Notes under the pieces: model-generated | Told to the model about the DNA's origin: nothing | Database searches by the model: none | Seen by the model: only the letters and a program-made list of their open reading frames with translations | Shown here: piece after piece, positions 1-9,249 of the stretch | Position numbering within the stretch: the stretch's first letter is position 1 | How the letters are laid out: every line of letters begins with the position of its first letter | DNA from: Candidatus Krumholzibacteriia bacterium | Lineage (GTDB): Bacteria > Krumholzibacteriota > Krumholzibacteriia > LZORAL124-64-63 | Direction of reading: 5' to 3' | Length of the DNA stretch: 64,000 nucleotides | Assembly: GCA_030592845.1 (NCBI GenBank) | Contig: JAUVII010000001.1 | Location: 2,392 to 66,391 of the forward strand | Made by a program: the position numbers and the translations under genes

Positions 1-464
1 CGGCGCGGGCTGGCCACCAACGGATTTATCAGCAGGTTGAAAGACGCCACCACGTCCACCGCCGTCAGGGGAATCCCATCAGACCACCGCCAGGGGCGCA
101 GGTGATAGGTTACCGACATGCCGTCCGGAGCAATTTCCCAGCGCGCGGCGATCCGGGGATGGTAAAGAAGATCATCTCCCATCTCGGTCAACCCGTCGTG
201 CATTTCCGCGAAAACGAACCCCGCGGTGGTGGAAGTATAGATCAGGGGATTCAGGACTTCCGGATCCGTCGCCAGGGCAACCACGGCCGTCCCGCCCGGG
301 ACCGGCCGGGTATCCGGAGACCCGTCCGGATTTTGGGTTTGGCCGGCATCCTGACCGCACCCCACGGTCCCCAGAGCGGCCAATATCAACAAAAAGCGCT
401 GCAAGGACAAACGACAGCCGGAGGGCCGGACCAAACCGGTAACGCGGACTGAATTCCATGCCAT
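1..464 (-). CDS. ABC transporter substrate-binding lipoprotein, family 5 (peptide/nickel type); N-terminal part only, gene runs off the window start
   Basis: The frame is open on the minus strand from 464 to 1. It is missing from the ORF track because it has no stop in the window. Translation: MAWNSVRVTGLVRPSGCRLSLQRFLLILAALGTVGCGQD... then GGTAVVALATDPEVLNPLIYTSTTAGFVFAEMHDGLTEMGDDLLYHPRIAARWEIAPDGMSVTYHLRPWRWSDGIPLTAVDVVASFNLL. This is a typical SBP_bac_5 N-terminus with a lipobox-like signal. AAGGA RBS lies 8 nt upstream of the ATG at 464-462. Confidence 0.7.
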   Translation of the reverse strand, partial: MAWNSVRVTGLVRPSGCRLSLQRFLLILAALGTVGCGQDAGQTQNPDGSPDTRPVPGGTAVVALATDPEVLNPLIYTSTTAGFVFAEMHDGLTEMGDDLLYHPRIAARWEIAPDGMSVTYHLRPWRWSDGIPLTAVDVVASFNLLINPLVASPR

Positions 465-518
465 CGATGATTGTCCTTTGTTCCCGGGTCGGCATCCAGG
501 GGGACCGATATCCGGAGT

Positions 519-556
519 CCAAAAATAAAGGCGCAGCCCCGGGAGGAGCTGCGCCT
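519..556 (-). terminator. rho-independent terminator downstream of the gingipain-like gene and its C-terminal-domain ORF
   Basis: Perfect 9-bp stem AGGCGCAGC / GCTGCGCCT (529-537 and 548-556), 10-nt loop. On the minus strand it is followed by TTTATTTTTG. Confidence 0.7.
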
Positions 557-591
557 GAACATACCCACGCCCACCGGGCGCGTCAATCACC

Positions 592-978
592 CTACTTCAC
601 GAGGGTCATCTTCTGAACCGAGACATCGCCCGCGTTCACGGCCCGCAGGAAATACATCCCGCTGGCCTGGCTCCGGCCGGTGTCATCCCTGCCGTCCCAG
701 ACCAGGGTGTGCCAACCGGCGGATATTCCGCCAGTGTGAAGCTTCCGGATCTTCCGGCCCTGCACATCATAGACCACCAGGTCGAGATCCGAAGACTGGG
801 GAATGTACAACCGGACCGTGGTCGAGGGGTTGAAGGGGTTCGGATACACCGAATTGACTGTGAAACCGGCCGCCGGGATATCGTCATTACCTTCCACCGG
901 CACGAGATAGATGGGGAACAAAAGCCCGTCCCGCCGGCTGCTGCCCCCGAACGTGGGCCAGGGAACATTTTTTCGATC
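592..978 (-). other. FlgD-Ig-like / T9SS-type C-terminal sorting domain. It is in frame with the upstream C25 peptidase gene and separated from it by a single TAA at 979-981. Either a detached C-terminal domain, a pseudogene fragment, or a sequencing error.
   Basis: Translation after the stop: DRKNVPWPTFGGSSRRDGL-LFPIYLVPVEGNDDIPAAGFTVNSVYPNPFNPSTTVRLYIPQSSDLDLVVYDVQGRKIRKLHTGGISAGWHTLVWDGRDDTGRSQASGMYFLRAVNAGDVSVQKMTLVK. It has the YPNPFNP...IYD..GR.VR.L..G....G.H...WDG.D..G...SG.Y pattern of the FlgD Ig-like/T9SS C-terminal domain. It is in the same frame as 979..5592 ((5592-921) is divisible by 3). The ORF track starts it at a TTG at 921. Confidence 0.6.
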
Positions 979-3900
979 TTAAGCGAATGGCATATCCCAG
1001 ACATGGATCAGGAAATCCCAGCCGCCGAATACGATGTCCACGTCGGAATCCGCATCCAGATCCGTGATAACGGCCGAGGGCATGAGAGGCCCGGCCAAAG
1101 TGATCGGAAAACCATCCACCAGGTCGCCGGTCGCATGATAGGCGTACAGGTTGTAGGGAGAACTTTCGTCCCCACCGCCGATACCGTGAATGATATCCGG
1201 GGAACTGTCGCCGTCGATATCGCCGACCACAGGGCTGCCTTCGGAACTGCCAGGCAGGGTCACGGGCCAGCCCGGAAGGACCTGACCGGAAGTGCCGCCG
1301 GAATGATCGGTATCCACCACGACGATACGGCTGACGAGACCGGACTGATTGGGCGTGTAGATGATTTCCAGCATACCGTCGCCGTCCATGTCGCCCAAGG
1401 CGGGACTGCTGACCCAGTCATGCACGGCGGTAAAGCCCATGTACACCGGGAAACCGGGATAGTTGGAGCCGTCTTCCCGGACTGCGTACAAATAGCGGGC
1501 GCTGTCGAAGAAGACGATTTCCAGTTGCCCGTTGTTGTCAAGGTCGCCCACGCACGGATCCACGGTGATGCCGGCGTTTGCCTGGTATGGGAATCCAGGT
1601 GCGTTGGTGCCGTCAAACTTCAGGGCCATCAATCGTTTGATGCCCGAGGCATCGTTTTTGGTCCCGAATATGATTTCCTTGGCGCCGTCGCCGTCAAGAT
1701 CGGCCAGGGCCGGTCCGCTGCGCGACCATTCCCACTGGGCTCCATCACGGACGTAGAAGGGGCCGTTGGTGCCGGGATCCGAATCCCCGTCCCTGACTTC
1801 GGTACCATCCGCGTGCCAGGCGAAGACAACGCCGTTCAGAGTATTGACCACGATTTCAGGTTCGCCATCCCCGTCAATGTCCCCCACCGCGGGTGTGGCC
1901 CAGTTCCACGAGGAGCCGATGGAACTGGTCAGGGCCTGGGGCCAACCGGCCAGTTCGGATCCATCCCTGGTGAAAATATGGATTTTTTTGCCCGGCGATG
2001 ATTCCGAGACAATCATTTCCAGACCGGCAATTTCATCCAGGTTGCCCAGGGCAACTCCGGCAGGTCCAAAAACATAGCCTGAGGGGAAATTCGTAAAGAC
2101 ACCCAAAGTCTGGGAGTCCCCATCCCCATCCAGAAGTTCCATGCCGTTGTGATGGAACACGTAGACCTGCTCACTGCTCAGGACGATTTCCTGGTCGCCG
2201 TCTCCATCCACATCGCCAACCGCCAGATGGCTGCTGGTTTCATTGGCGAAAGGAACCGGGAACCCGGTCAACTCCGCAGGTGCCGTGGATTGCGTCACCA
2301 TATCGGACAGGACGCTCGGCACACGGGACGAATCGACGGTCGCCACTTTGTAATAATAGCGCGTCAACTGGTCCAGGTTGTCATCCATGAAATAGGAGGT
2401 TCCCGCGATGACATCCTGGTTGACCCTCAGGAAGGGGCCGAATTCGTTGAGGCTTCGGTAGACATTGTAGCCGTACTTGTTGGGAGTCGCGGATGGATCC
2501 CATGAAAGGGAGATGACATCGGCTCCCAGAGAGGTGTCCGTGGTGATGTTCAGGGGTGCCATCGGACGCCAGGGACTGAAATCGTGGCTGAAGACGCGAC
2601 CGTGGTTGTCCACGAAATCGAAACGGCTTTCCACCGTCCCCAGGATATTGCCGACCGAGAGGGAATAGACCACACTGCCAGCCTTATCGTCCATCAGGTC
2701 GAGATCGATCCAGGTGGCCACCGAATCATAGATAACGACATTGAGATCATCGGAACGCAAATAGCCGGTGATGTTGTCCGCCATCCCGGCACCGAAATTT
2801 TTCAAACGGGCCGTGATGCGAATCCTCTCACCCATATCCAGCAGACCGTTACCGTTGCCGTAGGTTTGGTCTTCCCACTGCATGGAAACAACTTCCACTT
2901 CGGGAGCTTCCACCACAACCGACCACTTCGAGACGAAGTTGTTGGACCCGTCGGTAACATCCAGTTCAAAGGTGATTTTGGCGGCATCCCGGATGTTGGA
3001 ATGGAATTCCACCACAAAATGACTTTGGCCCACGGTGGAACCACCGGATCCCACAGCGGGGAACGTGGCGGTGTCCGTCAGGATGGTCACGGTGGTGTCC
3101 GCGCAGCTCAGAACGCCCGTCATACCCGACAATCCCGATCCGCCGGTTTCCAGAAGGCTGGCCAGCAGGGCGATGGTCTCCCCCGCTTCGACGGTCTGGT
3201 TACCGTTGCCCAGGCTTCCACTGGTCCCATTGTCGGTCACATCCATCGAGGAGAGGGCTGCAAAGCCCGCACCGGAGGTAACCGGTATCTGCTGGACCTG
3301 CATGACCAGGTTTTTACCCGTCACGGACACGGTCGCGTTTCCCATACTTGAGGGCAGGAAATCCAGGTCGACCTTGCCGGTGGCATCGGTCAACCCGTAG
3401 ACATGACTCTCGGTATCCTTGGCGATACAAACCAGAGCGTCTTCCACGGGGCTGCCGTCATCGGTAATCGTGAAACTGATCGTTTGGGGACCCAGATCCA
3501 GGCCGGAGGGTCCGGAAAGCACCACGGGTGAGGGACTCCCTGTCCAGATAGGCAGGGTGGGATCGCCCAGCAGGGTGTAGTTTTCGAAAGTCCACCGGTC
3601 CACATAGTTGGCGTCCGTCAGACCGATAAACGGCAGTCGGCTGAGGGCAATCAGCCTGCCGACGCGCATTTCACCGGTACAATACAGCAGATCAAAAAAT
3701 CCCTGCTGGTAATTGTTCGAGTTGTTGGGGAAGGCCGCCCTCACCGAACCGACGGAGCAGATGGCACCGCCGTCGGGATTCTGGATAAAGCGTTCCAGAA
3801 GACAGGAATTGTCAAAAGCGCCACTGGCACAGTTCAAGGCGTAGATCATGAACAGGTGATCGCCGTTGGTCAGTTGGTCGGCGTCGGTGGTCATGAAGTT

Positions 3901-5469
3901 CGCGTCGGCGACGGACATGTTGAAGTAATACCCGTGTCCGATCTGATTCACGATACCGTAATTGCCTGCATTCAAGGTATCGATCAGGGCCAGCCTGCTT
4001 AGCTGGGCCTCCATGGGATACAGGGTGTCGGTCTGGTACATCCTCGTGAATTCCATATCGGTACAGGGCTGGATGTAATCGTTGACCTGCTGATCAGAAT
4101 ACTGCGCGCCGTCGAGAATGATGTAGTCACCTTCGGGATAGTCCGAGGGGAACAGGACTTCGGCCGCAAAAAGGGCGCGATTGGCCCAATCAGCCGTGAC
4201 ATCGGCCGATTCATAGGAAATGACCTTGTTTACAAACACCGCCGCAGCGTCAGGAGTGCTGACCGTAGCCCGGCCGATATAGACTTCCTCGGCAAAATCG
4301 ACGAGGTCCCCCTCATTGCCGGTACTGGCAGGCTGGCCGAAATTGGCGTCCCCGTCGGCATTCCAGTTGCCATCGAGGCAGGCAAAATAGAGATCCACCG
4401 GGATGGAAGTATACCCGTTGGTGGGATAGAAGGAGTTGTCGATGTAACGCGGAGGCAATATGTCGGAGTCACCCGCCAGCAGGACATATTCAATACCCCA
4501 CTTCTGATAGGCGTCCAGAATATACATCCGGATGGTTTCCTGGATGTCGGCACCGTTGCGGTAATTGGCCCCGATGAATTCCCTGGTGGCCACGACCGTA
4601 GGCAAACCCAGTGACGTTTTGAAATCGGCCAGGACCTGGAACTGGGCGGCCATGTCTTCATTCGTGATGATCAGGTAGGTCACCCCACTGCCTTTGAGGC
4701 TCGGGGTCTGGTTGGGTTCGAAAGCCGCGGACTTGTCTTCGATTTCAAGGCCGTTTTCGCGGTTGTATCCGGAGATGACTTCGGGGTTGGCCACCAGATC
4801 GGCCAGCACACGGGCATTTTCCTGGGCTTCGCCGGGAATCAACCGTTGCCTGACGGCAATATCCCGCGGATCGCCAACTTTGCCGGTATCGAGACGGACG
4901 GCAAAACTGTCGAGGAACTCCAGTTCCACGCCGTTGTCGGTCTGGATTTCACGGACGGGATAAACACTGATTGTGACCAGACGGTAACCGCGCCAGACAT
5001 GGCTCCCGGTATAATCGCCCCAGGTGGCGGGAAATTCGGAACCCTCGCGGTTCATTTTGGTGTAGGTGACCATGTCCCCGGAATCGGTGAAATGGGGCGA
5101 GGCCAGGGCCAGGGGACTCCTGGGATACTCCCTGTGGGTGGCAAGGGGTTCGATCCACACCTGATCCACCGGAGTGTCGAGGGGTACCAGAAGAACCAGA
5201 TCACGGACCGGCAGTTGCGGAAGGCCCGGTTCATCCAGTCGACGGGTGCCGTCCAGCACAGGATACTGTATACCCTGGGGATCCGTTTCCCAGCGGAGGT
5301 CCTCCGCGCGGAAGCCGCCCTCATGGAGCACCTGACCGCCGGCGGCGGTTGCGCTACCGGGCGCCCACAAAAGTGATCCGGAAAGACACACGGAAAATAT
5401 CAGGGCAAAATGGACGAAGCGGAAGGATCGGATATTCAAACGAAGGGGGCGAACTCCGAAAACTGACAT
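979..5469 (-). CDS. secreted multidomain peptidase, family C25 (gingipain-like), with C-terminal FG-GAP/VCBS beta-propeller repeats
   Basis: Signal-peptide-like N-terminus from the ATG at 5469-5467 (MSVFGVRPLRLNIRSFRFVHFALIFSVCLSGSLLWAPGSATAAGG). C25 catalytic region: YLIITNEDMAAQF...YVLLAGDSDILPPRY...NGYTSIPVDLYFACLDGNWNADGD...IGHGYYFNMSV...LNCASGAFDN. At least 7 FG-GAP-like repeats: VGDVDGDGDQEIV, GDIDGDGEPEIVV, LADLDGDGAKEIIF, GDLDNNGQLEIVF, GDMDGDGMLEIIY, GDIDGDSSPDIIHG, TDLDADSDVDIVFG. The ORF ends at TAA 979-981. Confidence 0.85.
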   Translation of the reverse strand: MSVFGVRPLRLNIRSFRFVHFALIFSVCLSGSLLWAPGSATAAGGQVLHEGGFRAEDLRWETDPQGIQYPVLDGTRRLDEPGLPQLPVRDLVLLVPLDTPVDQVWIEPLATHREYPRSPLALASPHFTDSGDMVTYTKMNREGSEFPATWGDYTGSHVWRGYRLVTISVYPVREIQTDNGVELEFLDSFAVRLDTGKVGDPRDIAVRQRLIPGEAQENARVLADLVANPEVISGYNRENGLEIEDKSAAFEPNQTPSLKGSGVTYLIITNEDMAAQFQVLADFKTSLGLPTVVATREFIGANYRNGADIQETIRMYILDAYQKWGIEYVLLAGDSDILPPRYIDNSFYPTNGYTSIPVDLYFACLDGNWNADGDANFGQPASTGNEGDLVDFAEEVYIGRATVSTPDAAAVFVNKVISYESADVTADWANRALFAAEVLFPSDYPEGDYIILDGAQYSDQQVNDYIQPCTDMEFTRMYQTDTLYPMEAQLSRLALIDTLNAGNYGIVNQIGHGYYFNMSVADANFMTTDADQLTNGDHLFMIYALNCASGAFDNSCLLERFIQNPDGGAICSVGSVRAAFPNNSNNYQQGFFDLLYCTGEMRVGRLIALSRLPFIGLTDANYVDRWTFENYTLLGDPTLPIWTGSPSPVVLSGPSGLDLGPQTISFTITDDGSPVEDALVCIAKDTESHVYGLTDATGKVDLDFLPSSMGNATVSVTGKNLVMQVQQIPVTSGAGFAALSSMDVTDNGTSGSLGNGNQTVEAGETIALLASLLETGGSGLSGMTGVLSCADTTVTILTDTATFPAVGSGGSTVGQSHFVVEFHSNIRDAAKITFELDVTDGSNNFVSKWSVVVEAPEVEVVSMQWEDQTYGNGNGLLDMGERIRITARLKNFGAGMADNITGYLRSDDLNVVIYDSVATWIDLDLMDDKAGSVVYSLSVGNILGTVESRFDFVDNHGRVFSHDFSPWRPMAPLNITTDTSLGADVISLSWDPSATPNKYGYNVYRSLNEFGPFLRVNQDVIAGTSYFMDDNLDQLTRYYYKVATVDSSRVPSVLSDMVTQSTAPAELTGFPVPFANETSSHLAVGDVDGDGDQEIVLSSEQVYVFHHNGMELLDGDGDSQTLGVFTNFPSGYVFGPAGVALGNLDEIAGLEMIVSESSPGKKIHIFTRDGSELAGWPQALTSSIGSSWNWATPAVGDIDGDGEPEIVVNTLNGVVFAWHADGTEVRDGDSDPGTNGPFYVRDGAQWEWSRSGPALADLDGDGAKEIIFGTKNDASGIKRLMALKFDGTNAPGFPYQANAGITVDPCVGDLDNNGQLEIVFFDSARYLYAVREDGSNYPGFPVYMGFTAVHDWVSSPALGDMDGDGMLEIIYTPNQSGLVSRIVVVDTDHSGGTSGQVLPGWPVTLPGSSEGSPVVGDIDGDSSPDIIHGIGGGDESSPYNLYAYHATGDLVDGFPITLAGPLMPSAVITDLDADSDVDIVFGGWDFLIHVWDMPFA

Positions 5470-5952
5470 GCGGGGCCTCCAGATCGATCGGCATACGCAA
5501 CGGGGCGAATCCCAGCGCAGCCGGCGATTACACAAAAGTTGGCGAGGATCTGAACAGCGCTGTAACATCTGAACAATGAACCTCAGGGTCAAAATCTAAG
5601 ATGCCGAATCCTTTCCCTGGTCCGTGGAATCCCGAAAATTTCCGGACGATTCGGAAAAATATGGACCGTGGGAAATGTTGCACGTTAGCCTTGGCTGTTT
5701 GAGAAACCTCCAAAAAGCTTCTGGTGTGACCCTGAAACCGTGAAACGCATCGGAAAACACGTTTATGATTGACCAAAAAAACCGTACCCAACTGCTACGG
5801 AATTAGAAAATAACAATACCACAAACATAGCCATTGGTCAATGCCACAAAACCAATCCCCATTGGCATGAAATTGATTTAATCCTGCCATTTTACCTTTG
5901 TTTGGACAAACAAAAACCAGGGAGTTTTGATTTCACAAACGATAAAAGGTTG

Positions 5953-7314
5953 TTACGGAACAAGATCAAAGGTGGTCTGAGCCGGCAGAGCCACCAAAAC
6001 AGCTTCCGGGAAAGACCGCATATCACCGCGGGCCCCTGCCGCCCGGGCGAGAGCATTGCCGGGAACAGGCAGGATCCGTTTGCTCAATGTCGCGTTGCGC
6101 AGGATCACCAACCCGCCCTTGACTCTCCAACTGGTGCCGGACCTGTGGAGTTGCGCGATTTCATGATCCGTTAGAAAGACGGGAGAATTGTCCCGGTCGC
6201 CCGCAATCACACCCAGATATTGATCCAGGGCAGCCAGTCCCGTTTTCACCACCGACGTGTCGGTGTGGGCGAAATTAATCCGGTGGCTTTCAACAATGGC
6301 CGGTTCGCCCGCCGCCCAGGCCCGCCGGGTTTCGGCGACACAATGAAGGACCACCGCCCCCGGGTCCCGGGCCTGAACCGGTTCCAGACGGCAGTTTCGC
6401 TCCAGGTAGGTGCGGTCCGGATGGTGAAACCGATCCCAATGCCGGCCTATGTATTTACGCAGGCGACCGGATTTGCCCGACCCCCAATCGGCATTGATCT
6501 GTTCCCGTTTCCCCTGGATCACTCTCAAGTTACGGCTGCTCCACATATCTTCGATCCGGGCGTCCCAGTGGTAGTCGGGGGCAATAACCGATTGAACCTC
6601 ACGGCCGAAAAGTGATTCAAACCCCGCCAGGGATATGTCCAGATCATTCTCGAGATCCTGGATCCTGCGCCACGGCCCAAGTTCACGGGCGCGCTCACTT
6701 CCTGGAAACAGCATGATGTTCCGGCCCGTCACCGATTGGGCGAACTCACCATCAAGGGCGGCCTTTTTCCTCATGTCGGAATCGTAGTGCCAGGTTGCGT
6801 GGAATTCAGGATACCAGGTGCCACCGTTGATGCCCTCGGCCACCGCGTTCCAGAGGCCGGGCCGCTGGTACCCCGGGGGCAGATCCGGCAGATCATGACG
6901 GGCCCACTGATCATCCGCGTGGGAAAGGGAGGACATGACATAATTGGGTTGCAGCACGGCCGGATGTCCATCCCGCCCGAGGTGGGCCGCCAGAACCCGA
7001 TTGAGCCGGCCCACCATACTGCTGTCCTCAAGGGTGGAGAGCCAATAGACCTCGGGAAACGGGCCGGGATTCAGGCGCGTCCTGTCCAGATCACGCCAGG
7101 AATCACCGTGAGGTACAAAGCCGGCCAGACCCCAATCATCACTTTCGATGGCGATGGCTCTCAGCACCTGCCAGGAAACGGTACTGCGTGCTCCCCCGAA
7201 CAGGAAAGCGGCCCCGACCAATCCACAGACGAGAACAGCCAACGGAAGGACAATTTTGGAGGTCTGCTTCAATTTCCTGTTCCTTCCGCACCGGATATTG
7301 CCCGCGCCCACCAA
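5953..7314 (-). CDS. hypothetical protein with N-terminal membrane anchor, last gene of the polysaccharide cluster (possible polysaccharide-modifying enzyme; not recognised)
   Basis: 453-aa ORF. N-terminal TM (KIVLPLAVLVCGLVGAAFLF) followed by a large soluble domain (ESDDWGLAGFVPHGDSW...). Same strand as the upstream glycosyltransferase genes and overlaps them. Confidence 0.55.
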   Translation of the reverse strand: MVGAGNIRCGRNRKLKQTSKIVLPLAVLVCGLVGAAFLFGGARSTVSWQVLRAIAIESDDWGLAGFVPHGDSWRDLDRTRLNPGPFPEVYWLSTLEDSSMVGRLNRVLAAHLGRDGHPAVLQPNYVMSSLSHADDQWARHDLPDLPPGYQRPGLWNAVAEGINGGTWYPEFHATWHYDSDMRKKAALDGEFAQSVTGRNIMLFPGSERARELGPWRRIQDLENDLDISLAGFESLFGREVQSVIAPDYHWDARIEDMWSSRNLRVIQGKREQINADWGSGKSGRLRKYIGRHWDRFHHPDRTYLERNCRLEPVQARDPGAVVLHCVAETRRAWAAGEPAIVESHRINFAHTDTSVVKTGLAALDQYLGVIAGDRDNSPVFLTDHEIAQLHRSGTSWRVKGGLVILRNATLSKRILPVPGNALARAAGARGDMRSFPEAVLVALPAQTTFDLVP

Positions 7315-7946
7315 TAATGCCCGGGATCAAGACCATCGCGGCCGATGTTCCGCGCCAGGAGCGCGGTCTCTCCCCCGGCCGCAACGCCCGGGCCCAGCAT
7401 ATCCAAAACGGGCGCGGCCGCAATGGTATGACGATTACGAACCAGACCGAACTCCCAGACGGCCGCCTTTTGAAAAGACGAACTCCGGGTCTTGAATTCC
7501 TCGAGGGGGATCAGGGGGCCCCGGGATTCGGGCATCAGCCGGGCGAGAAAAGCCTGCAAATCACGGTAATTGATCTCACCCCGGGACGCCGTGCCTGGTT
7601 CATCCTCAAATATGAACAGGGAGCCTCCCGGTTTCAACAAATCCAGCCAGCGGCCCAAAAAAGAGAAATCGGCCAGGGCCGGAATCATGTGCCTCAGTAG
7701 ATTCGGAACCACCAATAGATCCAGCGATGCGGTCAACAACGGTGGGGAATCCGCCTCCCCGACGACATCGGCCACGGTCCCGCCCTGGGGATGGACCCGA
7801 TCCAGCCCCCAGGAGGTCACACCCAGATCAGACAGGGCGTCACGAAAACGCCCCGATCCACATCCGAGTTCCAATATCCGGGAAACAGGAAAATCCGCGT
7901 TGCGGCAGAAATCAGTGAAGATCTTTGGCAGGGGAGTGAATGACAT
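7269..7946 (-). CDS. class I SAM-dependent methyltransferase
   Basis: Motif I LELGCGSGRF; about 225 aa. Start chosen at MSFTPLPK. The ORF-track start at 7973 overlaps the WecA-like gene more. Confidence 0.7.
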   Translation of the reverse strand: MSFTPLPKIFTDFCRNADFPVSRILELGCGSGRFRDALSDLGVTSWGLDRVHPQGGTVADVVGEADSPPLLTASLDLLVVPNLLRHMIPALADFSFLGRWLDLLKPGGSLFIFEDEPGTASRGEINYRDLQAFLARLMPESRGPLIPLEEFKTRSSSFQKAAVWEFGLVRNRHTIAAAPVLDMLGPGVAAGGETALLARNIGRDGLDPGHYWWARAISGAEGTGN

Positions 7947-9189
7947 CCGGCCCTTCCTCCACCGCCGTTTCACTGCCCGAGGTCCCCTCCAGGATGATGT
8001 TCTTGGCCCGGGCCACCTTGGCCCGTTCGACCTGCAGGTCGATGATGTCGGCTACATTCTGGCCAACCTGTCCGGACAGCTTATCCAGACGGTCGTCAAA
8101 TCCCAGGGCATAGAAAAGTTCGGTGAACAGATCGAGACCGTGCTTGCGATTCTCCAGGTGACGCAGGGCGCCCAGTTGGCCGGCCCACATCCAGACACCC
8201 ATCGCGGGCAAGCCCAGCCAGGCCTGACCCAAGAAGTCGCTGAGGGCAAAAAGGGTGGTCCCGATGGTCACCAGCAACAGGCAGAAGACCGCGCCTGCCG
8301 GCGAGAAACCCAGGCGCAGCAGCCGGTGATGAAGATGAAAATCATCGGCGAGAAAAATGGAAGATCGCCGGCGGTAACGGCGGACGATCGTGGTCCCGGT
8401 ATCCCAAATGGGAACAATCATCGGAGCAATCATCACCGGAAGGCTGATGGGAACCTTCTGGCTCAGGTTCAGCAACAGACTGGCCAGGACCAGGCCCATC
8501 CACATACTGCCCGAATCACCCAGGAAAATCTTCCGTTTGCTGATGTTCCAATAGAAAAAAGCCACCGTGGCGCCACAGAGGGTGGCGGCAAAAAGGGTGG
8601 AGAACATTTCGCCGACGGCCAGGGAAATAACCATCAGGGCAATGGAGGCGACAATGCTGATACCGCTGGCCAAACCGTCCAGGCCATCGATGAGATTCAT
8701 GGAGTTGATGAATCCCAGGTACCAGAACAGGGTAAAGGGCCAGGCCCAGCCCCCCAGTTCAATGGAGCCCACGAGGGGCAGATAAACGGTGTCGAGGCGT
8801 TGGCCGAAAAGCATCAGCCCGACAATGACCAGGAGTTGGCCGTAGAGCTTTTTCTCGGCGTGGATCCCAAAGCGGTCATCTCCCACGCCAAGGGCGAGAA
8901 TGCAGACACCGGCGCCGATCAGGATACTCAGCCACGACCAGGGCAGCGCGGTGCGCAAAATAACATTTTCCAGGAAAAACAGGGCACAGAAGAAGGAAAT
9001 GAAGATGGCCATGCCGCCGGTTCGGGGCACGGGTTCACGATGAGGACGGCGGTAACCGGGGTGATCGACGATTTCCGTCAAAAAACCCAGGTTCCTGAAA
9101 TGGGGCTGGACCAACCATGACATCAGGAATGCCGCAGTAAAGCCAAGTGCTGCTACAATCCCCAGGTCCACGATTCCTCCTTGAAGCAT
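7912..9189 (-). CDS. MraY/WecA-family polyprenyl-phosphate sugar-1-phosphate transferase (initiating glycosyltransferase, GT4) with about 90-aa C-terminal cytoplasmic extension
   Basis: Multi-TM protein. It has a PRTGGMAIF N-terminal motif and NLIDGLDGLASG and FLGDSGS motifs. Confidence 0.85.
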   Translation of the reverse strand: MLQGGIVDLGIVAALGFTAAFLMSWLVQPHFRNLGFLTEIVDHPGYRRPHREPVPRTGGMAIFISFFCALFFLENVILRTALPWSWLSILIGAGVCILALGVGDDRFGIHAEKKLYGQLLVIVGLMLFGQRLDTVYLPLVGSIELGGWAWPFTLFWYLGFINSMNLIDGLDGLASGISIVASIALMVISLAVGEMFSTLFAATLCGATVAFFYWNISKRKIFLGDSGSMWMGLVLASLLLNLSQKVPISLPVMIAPMIVPIWDTGTTIVRRYRRRSSIFLADDFHLHHRLLRLGFSPAGAVFCLLLVTIGTTLFALSDFLGQAWLGLPAMGVWMWAGQLGALRHLENRKHGLDLFTELFYALGFDDRLDKLSGQVGQNVADIIDLQVERAKVARAKNIILEGTSGSETAVEEGPDVIHSPAKDLH

Positions 9190-9249
9190 CCCTGATTCCG
9201 GTATCTTTCAATCCGATTGCAATTTATTCAACAGAAGCAAATTACAGCA

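Noticed and set aside
102-586. ORFs 102..452 (+), 172..522 (-) and 386..586 (-)
   Set aside because: A third minus-strand frame, open to the window edge, gives a convincing family-5 substrate-binding lipoprotein N-terminus with an RBS. The listed ORFs are alternative frames of the same DNA.
979-981. Possibility that TAA is a reassigned sense codon (alternative genetic code)
   Set aside because: Other well-supported genes in the window terminate cleanly at TAA/TGA/TAG with expected lengths (groES, folB, panC and others). A global recoding is therefore not supported.
709-2001. 430-aa plus-strand ORF (and several others at 1260-2077) inside the protease gene
   Set aside because: Antisense to a strongly supported 1500-aa C25 peptidase gene. 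High GC creates long spurious antisense ORFs. No recognisable motifs.
7570-9120. 516-aa plus-strand ORF
   Set aside because: Antisense to the MraY/WecA-family gene. Low-complexity translation.
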